Assembly: GCA_041658605.1 (NCBI GenBank)
Contig: JBAZZU010000003.1
Coordinates: forward strand, 23,354 to 87,353
Source: Thermoleophilia bacterium
Lineage (GTDB): Bacteria; Actinomycetota; Thermoleophilia; BMS3ABIN01
Direction: 5' to 3'
Length of the DNA stretch: 64,000 nt
In this document: positions 47,077-55,279 of the stretch, one piece after another
How the letters are laid out: each line of letters starts with the position of its first letter
Numbering within the stretch: the first letter of the stretch is position 1
Translations under genes and position numbers: made by a program
The notes under the pieces: model-generated
Told to the model about the DNA's origin: nothing
Database searches by the model: none
The model's input: only the letters and a program-made list of their open reading frames with translations

Positions 47077-48234
47077 ATGTCATTCCCCAGCCAGCCCCAG
47101 CTTCCCGCCGGCTCGATTGTACCGACTCTGCCGGTTGTTCCTGTGGCCTTGCCAGCCCCGAGCCTCCCCACAATCACCCCAAGCGGAACCTTCGTTTGGG
47201 GCAACTGCGAAACCTACGTAGAGGAAACCCTTACCCTGACCTGTGCTGCGGGTGTGTCCCCGGGATCGTGCCTCCTCACGTTCACGGGTGACGCAGACGC
47301 GTTCGAGATGGTCGAGCGTGATGGGGTGATCATCGACCCCCCGCAGGACTGCTCGACGATATCCGACCAACAGAGCCGATTTTCCGTGGCTCCAGGCGGC
47401 TCCACGACCGCGAAGTTCCGATTCATACCGACCGATGGCGCGGCAAAGTCTGCAACTCTGACCGTCACAAACGAGCTTGGAGCCAGTCTTGGCACGTTCA
47501 CGATGTCAGGAACGTGGACGGACACATTCGTTATCGCCAATATTTCCGCGGGAATGTCGCTCTATTGCGCGCGGGACATTTCAGTAGGAGCGCTATCCCT
47601 GGGTACACGATTCAGGGATATGTCCGGCGTTCTACCAGATCACATCGCAATAGTGCCCGCGGGGGAGTGGGCCATTAAAAGCGACGCACCGATCGGGGCT
47701 TGTGCATCGCTCGCTAAATGCGTCGAGTCAGATACTCAGACGGATTGGGTTGCCGGTGCTACTCGACGGCAAATCACAATCGAAAGCAATCTTTCCACGG
47801 GGGCGATAGCGGGCTTCGTCGTCTTCAAAGTACCAAGTTATTACTACTACGTCACCCTTTGGATGAACAAGGGAAACTGTCTGGTGGAAGGCGGTTTGAA
47901 CCCGTCGTTTGGGATATATACAAGTGCAACACAGATTGCGCTTTACGTCAACGATGGAGGTGGGTTTGCACAAGTCAATCACGCATCAACGGCCGGTGTT
48001 CTTTTTGCGGCTTGGCGCCGATCGGGCGGAACGACCTATCACTATCTTTCCGCTGTCGGCGGTGCGTGGAAGGGGCTGGGGTCGGCCTCCTCTGCAACGT
48101 TTCAGGTCGTAAAGGGCTCCATGATCTACCCCGATTGCACCCCGACAAGAGTGGATAATCTCATGTACGCTTGGGGGATCAGCGAATTTGACACATCAGA
48201 GGCGGACCTCCAGGCCATCTTCGAGGCGATGTGA
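47077..48234 (+). CDS. Tail fiber/host-specificity protein candidate
   Basis: Position. Internal lower-GC segment 47480..48000. Confidence 0.35.
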   Translation: MSFPSQPQLPAGSIVPTLPVVPVALPAPSLPTITPSGTFVWGNCETYVEETLTLTCAAGVSPGSCLLTFTGDADAFEMVERDGVIIDPPQDCSTISDQQSRFSVAPGGSTTAKFRFIPTDGAAKSATLTVTNELGASLGTFTMSGTWTDTFVIANISAGMSLYCARDISVGALSLGTRFRDMSGVLPDHIAIVPAGEWAIKSDAPIGACASLAKCVESDTQTDWVAGATRRQITIESNLSTGAIAGFVVFKVPSYYYYVTLWMNKGNCLVEGGLNPSFGIYTSATQIALYVNDGGGFAQVNHASTAGVLFAAWRRSGGTTYHYLSAVGGAWKGLGSASSATFQVVKGSMIYPDCTPTRVDNLMYAWGISEFDTSEADLQAIFEAM

Positions 48235-48821
48235 TGAAACCCTACCTCATCACCGCGCACACGCCCCACCCAGGAGCGGACCCTGATGGCCCGGGAGGAA
48301 TCCCCTCGGAGTCCGAACTCTCCCCCGTGGTCTGCCGCGAGGTCTGCCGCCTTGTCCAGGGCGCTCGACTCGCGGAGGGTGCTACGTCAGGAGACCGGCG
48401 CGCGTTCGTGGCGGCTCAAAGTGGCGAGCGCCTGGCCATCGAGGTGCATGCCAACATGGGTAGGGGCAGAGCCGGGATCGTCTTCTACATGCCCGGGTCG
48501 AAGCGTGGTGAAAGGGCCGCTCGTCTCATCGCCGCAGAGCTCCAGCGCGAGATCCGGATCATCGCGCCCGATTACTACTGCATCGTCCAGCCGGCCCAAG
48601 ACAAGTGGGATGACGGATCCGAAGCGTGGCCGAACACGCAGGACGCGCTTCATTGGACATGGCCGGACGATCCCAAGAAGTTCAAGAAAATGGTGGAATG
48701 CTCCGGTGTGCTGGTCGAGCTCGGGTTCCTGGACCAACCCAAGCACGCGGCGCTGTGGAAGGAAGACGGACTCAAGATTTGTGCCCGAGGCATTGCTTCC
48801 GGGTTATGGATGATGTCATGA
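48231..48821 (+). CDS. Endolysin, N-acetylmuramoyl-L-alanine amidase (Amidase_3-like)
   Basis: LITAHTPHPGADPDGPGG (cf. iDpGHGG.DpGA), AIEVHANMG (cf. SIHaNa) and C-terminal ELGFLDQP (cf. E.gFi.N) motifs. Confidence 0.6.
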   Translation: MMKPYLITAHTPHPGADPDGPGGIPSESELSPVVCREVCRLVQGARLAEGATSGDRRAFVAAQSGERLAIEVHANMGRGRAGIVFYMPGSKRGERAARLIAAELQREIRIIAPDYYCIVQPAQDKWDDGSEAWPNTQDALHWTWPDDPKKFKKMVECSGVLVELGFLDQPKHAALWKEDGLKICARGIASGLWMMS

Positions 48822-49033
48822 ACCAGCGCCTCACCATGATCCTCCTCGCGCTCGGAGTCATGGCCTCCTGCCTGCTCATGGGGCGATGTTCGGCGCCACC
48901 TTGCCGGGAGTGCCCACCTCCCCCAATATGCCCCAGCGTTGACGTGGAAGCCCGCGACGTGCAGATCAGAGCGCTCCGGGATATGGAGCCGGACCTTCGG
49001 ACCGAGGAGATCGCTACCCTTCTTGAGGAGTGC
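48818..49033 (+). CDS. Small Pro/Cys-rich putative lipoprotein (o-spanin-like)
   Basis: ATGA overlap with the amidase. Signal peptide MILLALGVMAS-C. Mature part rich in Pro and Cys. Confidence 0.35.
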
Positions 49034-49212
49034 CTCCGATGAACGATGAGCACGATATGCCCGCATTCTCCGGCTCCAACGACAGTTGGATCGAGAAGAG
49101 GCGGATCCGAGAGCAGATCGCGGGTTCCTGTACCTACTGCCGCCCCCATTCGGGCGAAAACCGGCGCAAGGGAAACCGTCCGCCCCAGAAAAAACGGAAG
49201 GACTGGCGATGA
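49030..49212 (+). CDS. Small basic protein (60 aa)
   Basis: ATGA-coupled on both sides. Confidence 0.3.
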   Translation: MPPMNDEHDMPAFSGSNDSWIEKRRIREQIAGSCTYCRPHSGENRRKGNRPPQKKRKDWR

Positions 49213-49613
49213 TCTGGCTCCTCCTAACCGGTTGCATCCACACGATCGAGCCGCTCTATCCGGACGTGCCGCCCGTTGCGCCGGCTCGCGAAGAAGTGCC
49301 GGCTTCGTTGGATGACGTGCCGGGCGTGGGGTTCTACATCCCCGGAAAGCCAGCGCCGTTCGTTGACGCGCAATGCCGGGCGACTGGACGCGGGCAGGTC
49401 CTTCCTCAATCGGATTCGGTACTTGTGATTCAACAATCCCGAGACCTTGACTTCTGGCGCCAGTACGGCATGGACCGATACCAGGAGCGGCAGGGCTACG
49501 AGAATTCGAGGCAGTTTCTTTACTCCGAGGCGGTGGTCGCCCGGAGAAAAATGATCTGGGGGACCGCTTCCGATGTCGGAGTTGGGATCCTGGTTGAATT
49601 CATTATCCTGTGA
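49209..49613 (+). CDS. Lipoprotein (134 aa)
   Basis: MIWLLLTGC has classical lipobox L-T-G-C. Pro-rich N-terminal region. Confidence 0.5.
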   Translation: MIWLLLTGCIHTIEPLYPDVPPVAPAREEVPASLDDVPGVGFYIPGKPAPFVDAQCRATGRGQVLPQSDSVLVIQQSRDLDFWRQYGMDRYQERQGYENSRQFLYSEAVVARRKMIWGTASDVGVGILVEFIIL

Positions 49614-49626
49614 TGCGGAGATGAAC

Positions 49627-50166
49627 ATGGCAGAACCGAAAGTCAAACCGGACCAGGACCACGAGACAACGCAGGAGTGTTTCAGGTCTACGGTTGCCAG
49701 ACTGGATGAATCATCGAAGGCTATGGCCGGGCTTCCTCCTGCTATGGCCGTGCTTGGTGAAAAGATAGACCGAGCAGTTGACGAGATCAACAGCACTGCC
49801 GCAGCGGCTATGGCACTTGTGCATGGTAGTATTGCCCAAGTTGCGGCCGTGGTAGCCGTTGCCACATCGCACGCTGAAATGGTTGCAAGGCGAGAGGCTA
49901 TTGAAGCCAAAAAAGAGGCGGACAAAATCGCAGTAGCGAAAGAAAAGGAAGCTCAGTGGTGGGGTAGAATCGACCGGGTCGGCGGGAAACTGACCATTCC
50001 CGCGCTTATTGTGCTGACATCTCTCGCGAATTGTCTGGCATCGAGAATGAGTTATCAGCCTGCTGCCGTTGCACAAACCGCATCGGTGGCGGCTGTGGCG
50101 ACGACTGCGACGGTGGCTCCAACGGCGGCTGTTGCCCCTACGGCTGCGGTGGCTACATCGCCGTGA
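49627..50166 (+). CDS. Membrane protein (holin/i-spanin-like candidate)
   Basis: Two hydrophobic Ala/Val-rich segments. GGAG RBS. C-terminal VAPTAA tandem repeat. Confidence 0.4.
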   Translation: MAEPKVKPDQDHETTQECFRSTVARLDESSKAMAGLPPAMAVLGEKIDRAVDEINSTAAAAMALVHGSIAQVAAVVAVATSHAEMVARREAIEAKKEADKIAVAKEKEAQWWGRIDRVGGKLTIPALIVLTSLANCLASRMSYQPAAVAQTASVAAVATTATVAPTAAVAPTAAVATSP

Positions 50167-50348
50167 AGTGGGCGATCCTGTTTCTTTTGGCGATCGATGA
50201 GTGCCCCGGCTCGAACATCGAGGAGGCGCTTATAGATTATGAGGATCGGTGCGGGGAGAGTCTTGCTGTGGCGGGCTACCCTACGCCGGAATGCGTTGCT
50301 GCTATCGAGGTTTCTGATTGTGGGGTTGTGCCGGGGGAGTGTAAATAG
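50163..50348 (+). CDS. Small Cys-rich secreted protein candidate
   Basis: GTG overlapping the upstream stop. Hydrophobic WAILFLLAI segment followed by 6 Cys. Confidence 0.25.
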   Translation: MKWAILFLLAIDECPGSNIEEALIDYEDRCGESLAVAGYPTPECVAAIEVSDCGVVPGECK

Positions 50349-50350
50349 CA

Positions 50351-50379
50351 GCGACCGCATAGGATCGCTATACGGTCGC
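50351..50379. terminator. Bidirectional hairpin at convergent junction
   Basis: 12-bp stem GCGACCGCATAG / CTATACGGTCGC (1 mismatch), 5-nt loop. No clean T-tract. Confidence 0.35.
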
Positions 50380-50449
50380 GGTACTCCTTGTGCGACTTGG
50401 CACATGAGCTGAAATCAGTTTAGCATGGGTTAGGGTGGGGCAAGGGCCT

Positions 50450-50710
50450 TCACAGGTCATACTCCGATGTCTTGTTCATGCCGCGCCGCTCATCTCGGAG
50501 AGCGCGACGAAGAACCTTCTTGGCGATTCCTGGCGGTAATAGGGGAACGTCTCGAAAGAACGGCGTACCGGAGCAGTTTGGGCAATCGCCATAGCGACAT
50601 GAGTTTATGACGGGATCCATGAACCAAAGGAGCGGCTTTTTACCTCGCCTGACCCGTCGCGTCTCGAATCCGCACATCCAACAGCGGACTTTGTAGCGGT
50701 GATGGCGCAT
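50450..50710 (-). CDS. Cys-rich hypothetical protein (86 aa)
   Basis: CWMCG...CRYGDCPNC zinc-binding-like cysteines. Confidence 0.4.
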   Translation of the reverse strand: MRHHRYKVRCWMCGFETRRVRRGKKPLLWFMDPVINSCRYGDCPNCSGTPFFRDVPLLPPGIAKKVLRRALRDERRGMNKTSEYDL

Positions 50711-50712
50711 CG

Positions 50713-51021
50713 CTACTCCGGCAAAGGCACGTCAACAAGCCGATAGTTGATCATTTCAACGTGCCCATGGTGGTCCATTCTGGCCACAAGGTCCTCATCT
50801 CCATCCGCCTCCGCTTGCTCACGGGTCACTCGGTCGCACTCCTCGGTCATGCCATGGACCACGCCCCAACAGATTCCGGTTACGGCATCGTCCCAGCCGT
50901 CTTCGGCGTGCTCTCTCATGTCGTCTATGGCCTCCTGACAGCGCTTGCGGGCTTCGTCGGCCGTCGCGTGAAAGTCGGTCCCGTCGTCGGGGACGTAGCT
51001 GAAATAGTTGCGTTCGGTCAT
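50713..51021 (-). CDS. Hypothetical acidic protein
   Basis: ORF in minus-strand operon. Confidence 0.4.
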   Translation of the reverse strand: MTERNYFSYVPDDGTDFHATADEARKRCQEAIDDMREHAEDGWDDAVTGICWGVVHGMTEECDRVTREQAEADGDEDLVARMDHHGHVEMINYRLVDVPLPE

Positions 51022-51446
51022 TTCTTCAATCCTTTCGCTAACAGTTCCATAAATGTAGGGGGAATGGGTTCCTCAAAAAAGAGATATCCCTCTGTACCTT
51101 TATACGCCCAATATAAATCCTGGTAGTATCCAAGTTGTTCATCGTCCACAACACACGCTTTTTTCTCCGGAGCCCACGACCAGGTGCAAAGTTTGCCATC
51201 GACTATCTTCGTACCTTGAAAGGCGTAAAGCAATGAAATACGCTGGCCATGTGCATCCATGAAGGGCTTGCTATCGACACCGCGACGATGATGATCCTCG
51301 TAGTATTCTCCGCAATGTGGGCACGGAATATGTGGAAAGAAAAGACGCGCCATGAACGGATGAAAGGCACCGGCCCGAAGATAAAACAGGATCCCTCCGT
51401 TTTGGGATAGGTCTATGATTTTCTCAGTCATCAGGTCGTCAAACAT
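51018..51446 (-). CDS. Hypothetical protein in low-GC island (moron)
   Basis: GC ~48% vs ~63% flanks. A/T-ending codons. Confidence 0.4.
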   Translation of the reverse strand: MFDDLMTEKIIDLSQNGGILFYLRAGAFHPFMARLFFPHIPCPHCGEYYEDHHRRGVDSKPFMDAHGQRISLLYAFQGTKIVDGKLCTWSWAPEKKACVVDDEQLGYYQDLYWAYKGTEGYLFFEEPIPPTFMELLAKGLKK

Positions 51447-51476
51447 TATTTCACCTGTTTCCTTTTTGGAAAAGAA

Positions 51477-51704
51477 TCATCTCCTCCACCATTCCCGCGC
51501 AGGAGGCGGGCGCTTTTCGTGTTTCTTTTTCGGAGGGTCGGCAGGTATGGGTTGGTGCCAACACAAGTAGTACGCCGTTTCCGTGGCATTTGAGACCGGA
51601 TATTCACCCGTCCCGAGGCACGTCGGGCAGTCCGATTGAGTGCTTGTGATGTCTCGGTTGTTTATCCAACCGAGACCTTTGCACGTTGGGCAAGGCGTGG
51701 GCAT
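51477..51704 (-). CDS. DnaJ-type CxxCxGxG zinc-finger small protein
   Basis: CPTCKGLGW and CPTCLGTGE repeats. Start MPTPCP inside track ORF 51477..51830. Confidence 0.4.
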   Translation of the reverse strand: MPTPCPTCKGLGWINNRDITSTQSDCPTCLGTGEYPVSNATETAYYLCWHQPIPADPPKKKHEKRPPPAREWWRR

Positions 51705-52093
51705 CACCACTCCGTAGAGTAAAGGAACCCGGAAGGCTGCAACGCCCACCAGGAGGCCTTCGCGTGAATCCCGTACCGGAAAGGACCATCCGGGTACGTG
51801 TTGCCCATGGCCTTCGTGATGACGATGCACTTGGACAAGTCCGCGCCCGCGTGCTCGGCATGGATGAGTTCTTCTTTTACGGTGAAGTCGTCTTCAAAGC
51901 CGACATCTACCGATTCGTCATCGGACAGTTGATCCCACTCTTCATCGTAGGTGTACGGTTCGCCCGTGTGCTCCTCGTAAACCGTGAGCACGTCTGATGC
52001 TGTTTCGGCTATGAACGTGTCCGTGCCGTTTGTGAAAAGGTGGCGCATTTTCTTGTCCTTGGGATGAAAGGTGTACCGGGTCACTCCTCGCAC
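51704..52093 (-). CDS. Hypothetical acidic protein
   Basis: Operon context. Start may be the internal Met at ~52048. Confidence 0.35.
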   Translation of the reverse strand: MRGVTRYTFHPKDKKMRHLFTNGTDTFIAETASDVLTVYEEHTGEPYTYDEEWDQLSDDESVDVGFEDDFTVKEELIHAEHAGADLSKCIVITKAMGNTYPDGPFRYGIHAKASWWALQPSGFLYSTEW

Positions 52094-52830
52094 CCCTCGA
52101 AAATGATGGATTCAAGGTGCCCTTCCAGCAGAGGGAAACTCATCCACTTGTCCGGATCCTGTCGCAACAGCCGGAGGTCAAGCCAGCAGTTGAAGCGCTC
52201 TTCCAAGTTGGCCCGGGTCAACCCCGCGCGTACTTCGGGTTCGATGAACCCCTCCGAATCGCTGGTGTCCACGGGTTCGACCACCGGCACGGGCTCCACG
52301 GTCGTCTTCTTCTTCGCGACAACGACTCTCCGTCTGACTTCGGGCGCCCGCGCGAGCTCTTCCAGCCGTCCGGCTTTCTCCGCCGCTCGATAGTGCTTGT
52401 GGCACAACCCGCCCTTGTGATCCGGAGTCGAGCAACCCTCGATCCGGCAAACTCCGGGCGTCGTGGAGTTGCCGATTTTCATCTCGACAACCGGAGCCAC
52501 GGGCGCGAACTCATCAAGTCGGTTTTCCGCGAGCGCGCGCTGGTAGTGGCGCTCACAGAGGCCCTTGCGCTTTGCCCCGAATCGGCACCCTTCGACGTTG
52601 CACCGGCCATAGACCGGATTGGAAGCCCGGTGCATTTCATCGGGGATCTTACGCATCGTGCTCTCCGGGGGTTCGCAGAGACCCGCCTTGATGACCTGCT
52701 CTCGGTGTTCTCGGCAAAGGTGGCGCGTTTCAGGGGACCGTAGAGGACCCGTGGCGTTGCGATAGATCGTGACGCGCTCGGTTCCGCCGAAAGAGGCGGT
52801 GCATCCTGTCACGTCGCAGGGGTGGGTCAT
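52081..52830 (-). CDS. Protein with three tandem CxxGC-x8-GLCxxHY zinc-ribbon repeats (HNH-associated type, no HNH core seen)
   Basis: CDVTGC...LCREH, CNVEGCRFGAKRKGLCERHYQRA, CRIEGCSTPDHKGGLCHKHYRAA. Start placed at MTHPCD to avoid overlapping the tRNA. Confidence 0.45.
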   Translation of the reverse strand: MTHPCDVTGCTASFGGTERVTIYRNATGPLRSPETRHLCREHREQVIKAGLCEPPESTMRKIPDEMHRASNPVYGRCNVEGCRFGAKRKGLCERHYQRALAENRLDEFAPVAPVVEMKIGNSTTPGVCRIEGCSTPDHKGGLCHKHYRAAEKAGRLEELARAPEVRRRVVVAKKKTTVEPVPVVEPVDTSDSEGFIEPEVRAGLTRANLEERFNCWLDLRLLRQDPDKWMSFPLLEGHLESIIFEGCEE

Positions 52831-52849
52831 GTTGGCTCCTTGAAAAGAA

Positions 52850-52921
52850 TGGACCCGGTGGGAGTCGAACCCACGACATCCTGCTTGCAAGGCAGGCGCT
52901 CTCCCGCTGAGCTACGGGCCC
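52850..52921 (-). tRNA. tRNA-Ala (anticodon UGC)
   Basis: 72-nt cloverleaf GGGCCCG-TA-GCTC-AGCGGGA-GAGC-G-CCTGC-CTTGCAA-GCAGG-ATGTC-GTGGG-TTCGACT-CCCAC-CGGGTCC-A. G3:U70 Ala identity pair. CCA not encoded. Confidence 0.85.
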
Positions 52922-52929
52922 GGTGGTGG

Positions 52930-53193
52930 TCAGATCCCCGGGTGGGGACCCGTGCGCCAGTCGAAGCCGCCGAGCACGGAGTCGAACCACTCGCCCGGGT
53001 CGGCTCCCCAGCCGTCTTCATCGTCTTCGTCGCCCGTGTCGTCGCCGTCGCCCGTGTCCTCGGTTTCGCCGGTGTCAGGATCGGGTTCGATCGGGGAATC
53101 CCATCCCGGCGGGTGGAATTCGTCCGGGATGACGCGGATCGTGGGGCCGTCGAGCGGACTGGCGGCGAGAAGGGCGAGAAGTAGGAATCTCAT
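52930..53193 (-). CDS. Secreted acidic protein (signal peptide)
   Basis: MRFLLLALLAASPLDG signal-like N-terminus. Asp/Glu/Gly-rich body. Confidence 0.4.
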   Translation of the reverse strand: MRFLLLALLAASPLDGPTIRVIPDEFHPPGWDSPIEPDPDTGETEDTGDGDDTGDEDDEDGWGADPGEWFDSVLGGFDWRTGPHPGI

Positions 53194-53351
53194 GGTTTCT
53201 CCTGTTTTGGTGGTTCAGTCTTGTGGGTAGTAACATGTTGAGCAGAAAGGGCAAGGCCTCGCGCGATTCGGGCGCGGCGGTAGAAGAATCGGAAGAGGTC
53301 AGCGAAAAGCCAGCCGAGAAGGAAACCGGCGATGAGAAGGGCGTAGTTCAT
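53190..53351 (-). CDS. Small membrane protein (53 aa)
   Basis: MNYALLIAGFLLGWLFADLFRFFY TM helix. ATG overlaps the radical-SAM stop (ATGA), preceded by the repeated AGGAGA element. Confidence 0.35.
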   Translation of the reverse strand: MNYALLIAGFLLGWLFADLFRFFYRRARIARGLALSAQHVTTHKTEPPKQEKP

Positions 53352-54193
53352 CTCTCGATCTCCTGATTGGGTTCGCCGTCCAGAGGGCCGGCCAGTTTCG
53401 CGATCAATGCCGGTCGGAACCATCGCCGTTGAAAAGCGCGCCATTCTGGTTTGAATTGCCCGCCGTCATCTCGCCAGAGCATCGCGGCGGGAAAGATCCC
53501 AGTCTCCAGGACCGCTCGAAGCCGCGTTTCTGCTTTCTCGAAGGTGTCGCTCGGAAACCCGATCAGGACGTAGCAGCGGACCCGATGGCCCGCAAAGTGC
53601 TGTCCGGCTTCCTTGAGCACCTCCGCTGCCCGCTTGACGTGATCCCAATCGTCAGGGGTGTCGTAGGCCAAGAAGATGCTTTCTGGGTGTAGTTTGACGA
53701 GAGCAGCGGCAACGTCGCGCGTTATCCGTTTCGGTTCGAGCCCGCCTGTGAATTGCGGACGTTTCGGTTGCCGAGCGAGCATGGCGAATACGTCGGTAAT
53801 GTGCCCATCGGAGCAAGCTAATAGGTTGTCGTCGAGCACGTTCCAACCATCATGAATCGAGAGTTCTCGGATTGTGCCTTCGCGCTTCGGTACAGAGCAG
53901 AACCAGCAGCGATTTGGGCACCCGCGAGACGTGATCGTGTAGCCGTGTCGGAGGTACTGGCCGGACTCGAAGTCACCTCCGGGCAGGCCAAGAGCAGGGC
54001 CGCCTACCTGGACAGGCGCAATCCTGGCCCACGAATCCGCAAGCATCCGAGCGACCGGGAGATCCCAGGTAAACGCCACCGATACCCTAACCTCTGTGAT
54101 TCCGTCTGGAATGAACAGCGGGGGATCTCCGATGAACGTCAGCGGATCGGTTGGCGTTGCTTGGGTTCGCCGTGGGAAAACGCGCGCAATCAT
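53348..54193 (-). CDS. Radical SAM protein
   Basis: GCPNRCWFCSVP gives the CxxxCxxC 4Fe-4S cluster motif. Start MIARVF overlaps the Gp37/68 stop (ATGA). C-terminal DGEPNQEI tail. Confidence 0.6.
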   Translation of the reverse strand: MIARVFPRRTQATPTDPLTFIGDPPLFIPDGITEVRVSVAFTWDLPVARMLADSWARIAPVQVGGPALGLPGGDFESGQYLRHGYTITSRGCPNRCWFCSVPKREGTIRELSIHDGWNVLDDNLLACSDGHITDVFAMLARQPKRPQFTGGLEPKRITRDVAAALVKLHPESIFLAYDTPDDWDHVKRAAEVLKEAGQHFAGHRVRCYVLIGFPSDTFEKAETRLRAVLETGIFPAAMLWRDDGGQFKPEWRAFQRRWFRPALIAKLAGPLDGEPNQEIER

Positions 54194-55152
54194 GGAGCTA
54201 TCTCCTGATTGGGTTCGCCGTCGCCAGGAAACTCCCGCCATTCCCGACCGTCGATAATTGCCCCGGTGTTGTGCTTTCCGAGGCGAGAAAGAATAGTCAC
54301 CGGGAAAGCGTCTTCATCGCGGGCCCGCATGAAGTCGATACCCATGTTCAGAACGCGCCCCTTCTTGTCCATGCAGGCATCCGTCCTGGAAATATGGGTA
54401 CTGGCCTTGCTGACCCAACGCTGATAGTTCCACATTTCATCGAATACCGGCATCCCGTTACACATATCCACCATTCCGGGCCCGTATTCCCCCCACTGTT
54501 TAAAAAAATACGGAACCCCAGCGGCCAAACACTGATCGCGCAACCCACGAACCCAATCCGGATGGGTAGGCCGCGCGTTCGGGCCCGACTCACCGCCAGC
54601 GATAACCCAATGGATCCCGTCCAGATTCAACTGGATAGGCCCAAGAAGAGGCTCGCAGGACAGGAAGCGAACGGGCGCTTTGACCTGTCGAAGGAACGGA
54701 TACCGCTCATCGAAGCGCTGTTGATTCTCGGCAGTGACCCCGGCCCAGGCGTTGATCGGCCACCAGTAGGACCGATTCCAGGCCAGCATCGCCTCGGGTC
54801 GCTTCGTCAGGAGTTGCCAGATCAGCCCGCGCTTGGTTTCCTCGATGAGTTCCCAGAGTCGTCGCCGGGCCATGACGAGTTCGGGAAGTTCCTCGAACAC
54901 GTCGCACGTCGAGCCGCAAAAGACCTTGACCCGCGTGCCTTCCTTCTCGGCCTTTCGACTCCAGGCGATCGGCTGCTTCCAGTAGGAGTCGCTGGCCATC
55001 ACCCGAGGATGATCGCCCCATTCCGCGTGGCGTCTCATGCCGGGCGGTAGGGTTTCGGCGTAGCAGTTTTTGCAGGCCTCGGAGACCTTTCGGCATCCTG
55101 ACCATGGATTGAAGGTATTTCCGGTCCACGCTATGTTGGAGTTTTCGCTCAT
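54190..55152 (-). CDS. Phage Gp37/Gp68 family protein (DUF5131)
   Basis: N-terminal IAWTGNTFNPWSGCRKVSEACKNCYAE signature. Radical-SAM partner context. C-terminal DGEPNQEI tail. Confidence 0.55.
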   Translation of the reverse strand: MSENSNIAWTGNTFNPWSGCRKVSEACKNCYAETLPPGMRRHAEWGDHPRVMASDSYWKQPIAWSRKAEKEGTRVKVFCGSTCDVFEELPELVMARRRLWELIEETKRGLIWQLLTKRPEAMLAWNRSYWWPINAWAGVTAENQQRFDERYPFLRQVKAPVRFLSCEPLLGPIQLNLDGIHWVIAGGESGPNARPTHPDWVRGLRDQCLAAGVPYFFKQWGEYGPGMVDMCNGMPVFDEMWNYQRWVSKASTHISRTDACMDKKGRVLNMGIDFMRARDEDAFPVTILSRLGKHNTGAIIDGREWREFPGDGEPNQEIAP

Positions 55153-55169
55153 TTTCTGCTCCCGTCCGA

Positions 55170-55198
55170 AGTGTAAAATCGTGAGAGTTCAAACTCAA
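55170..55198 (-). promoter_or_regulatory. Candidate sigma70-type promoter upstream of Gp37/68 gene
   Basis: TTGAGT-17 nt-TACACT on the minus strand in the 127-nt intergenic gap. Confidence 0.25.
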
Positions 55199-55279
55199 TC
55201 AGCCGGGCCAGAAGGGCGCGCGCAACAGCCGAGAGATGGATACACGTTGCGGCCTTTCTTTCGGCATAGATACGGCGAG

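Noticed and set aside
50031-50166. Alternative frame encoding a Cys/Gly-rich peptide (CCRCTNRIGGGCGDDCDGG…) overlapping the VAPTAA-repeat C-terminus.
   Set aside because: Both frames are low-complexity products of the same GC-rich repeat. Kept the frame continuous with the upstream membrane protein and only the post-stop GTG ORF (50163..50348) as a tentative separate gene.
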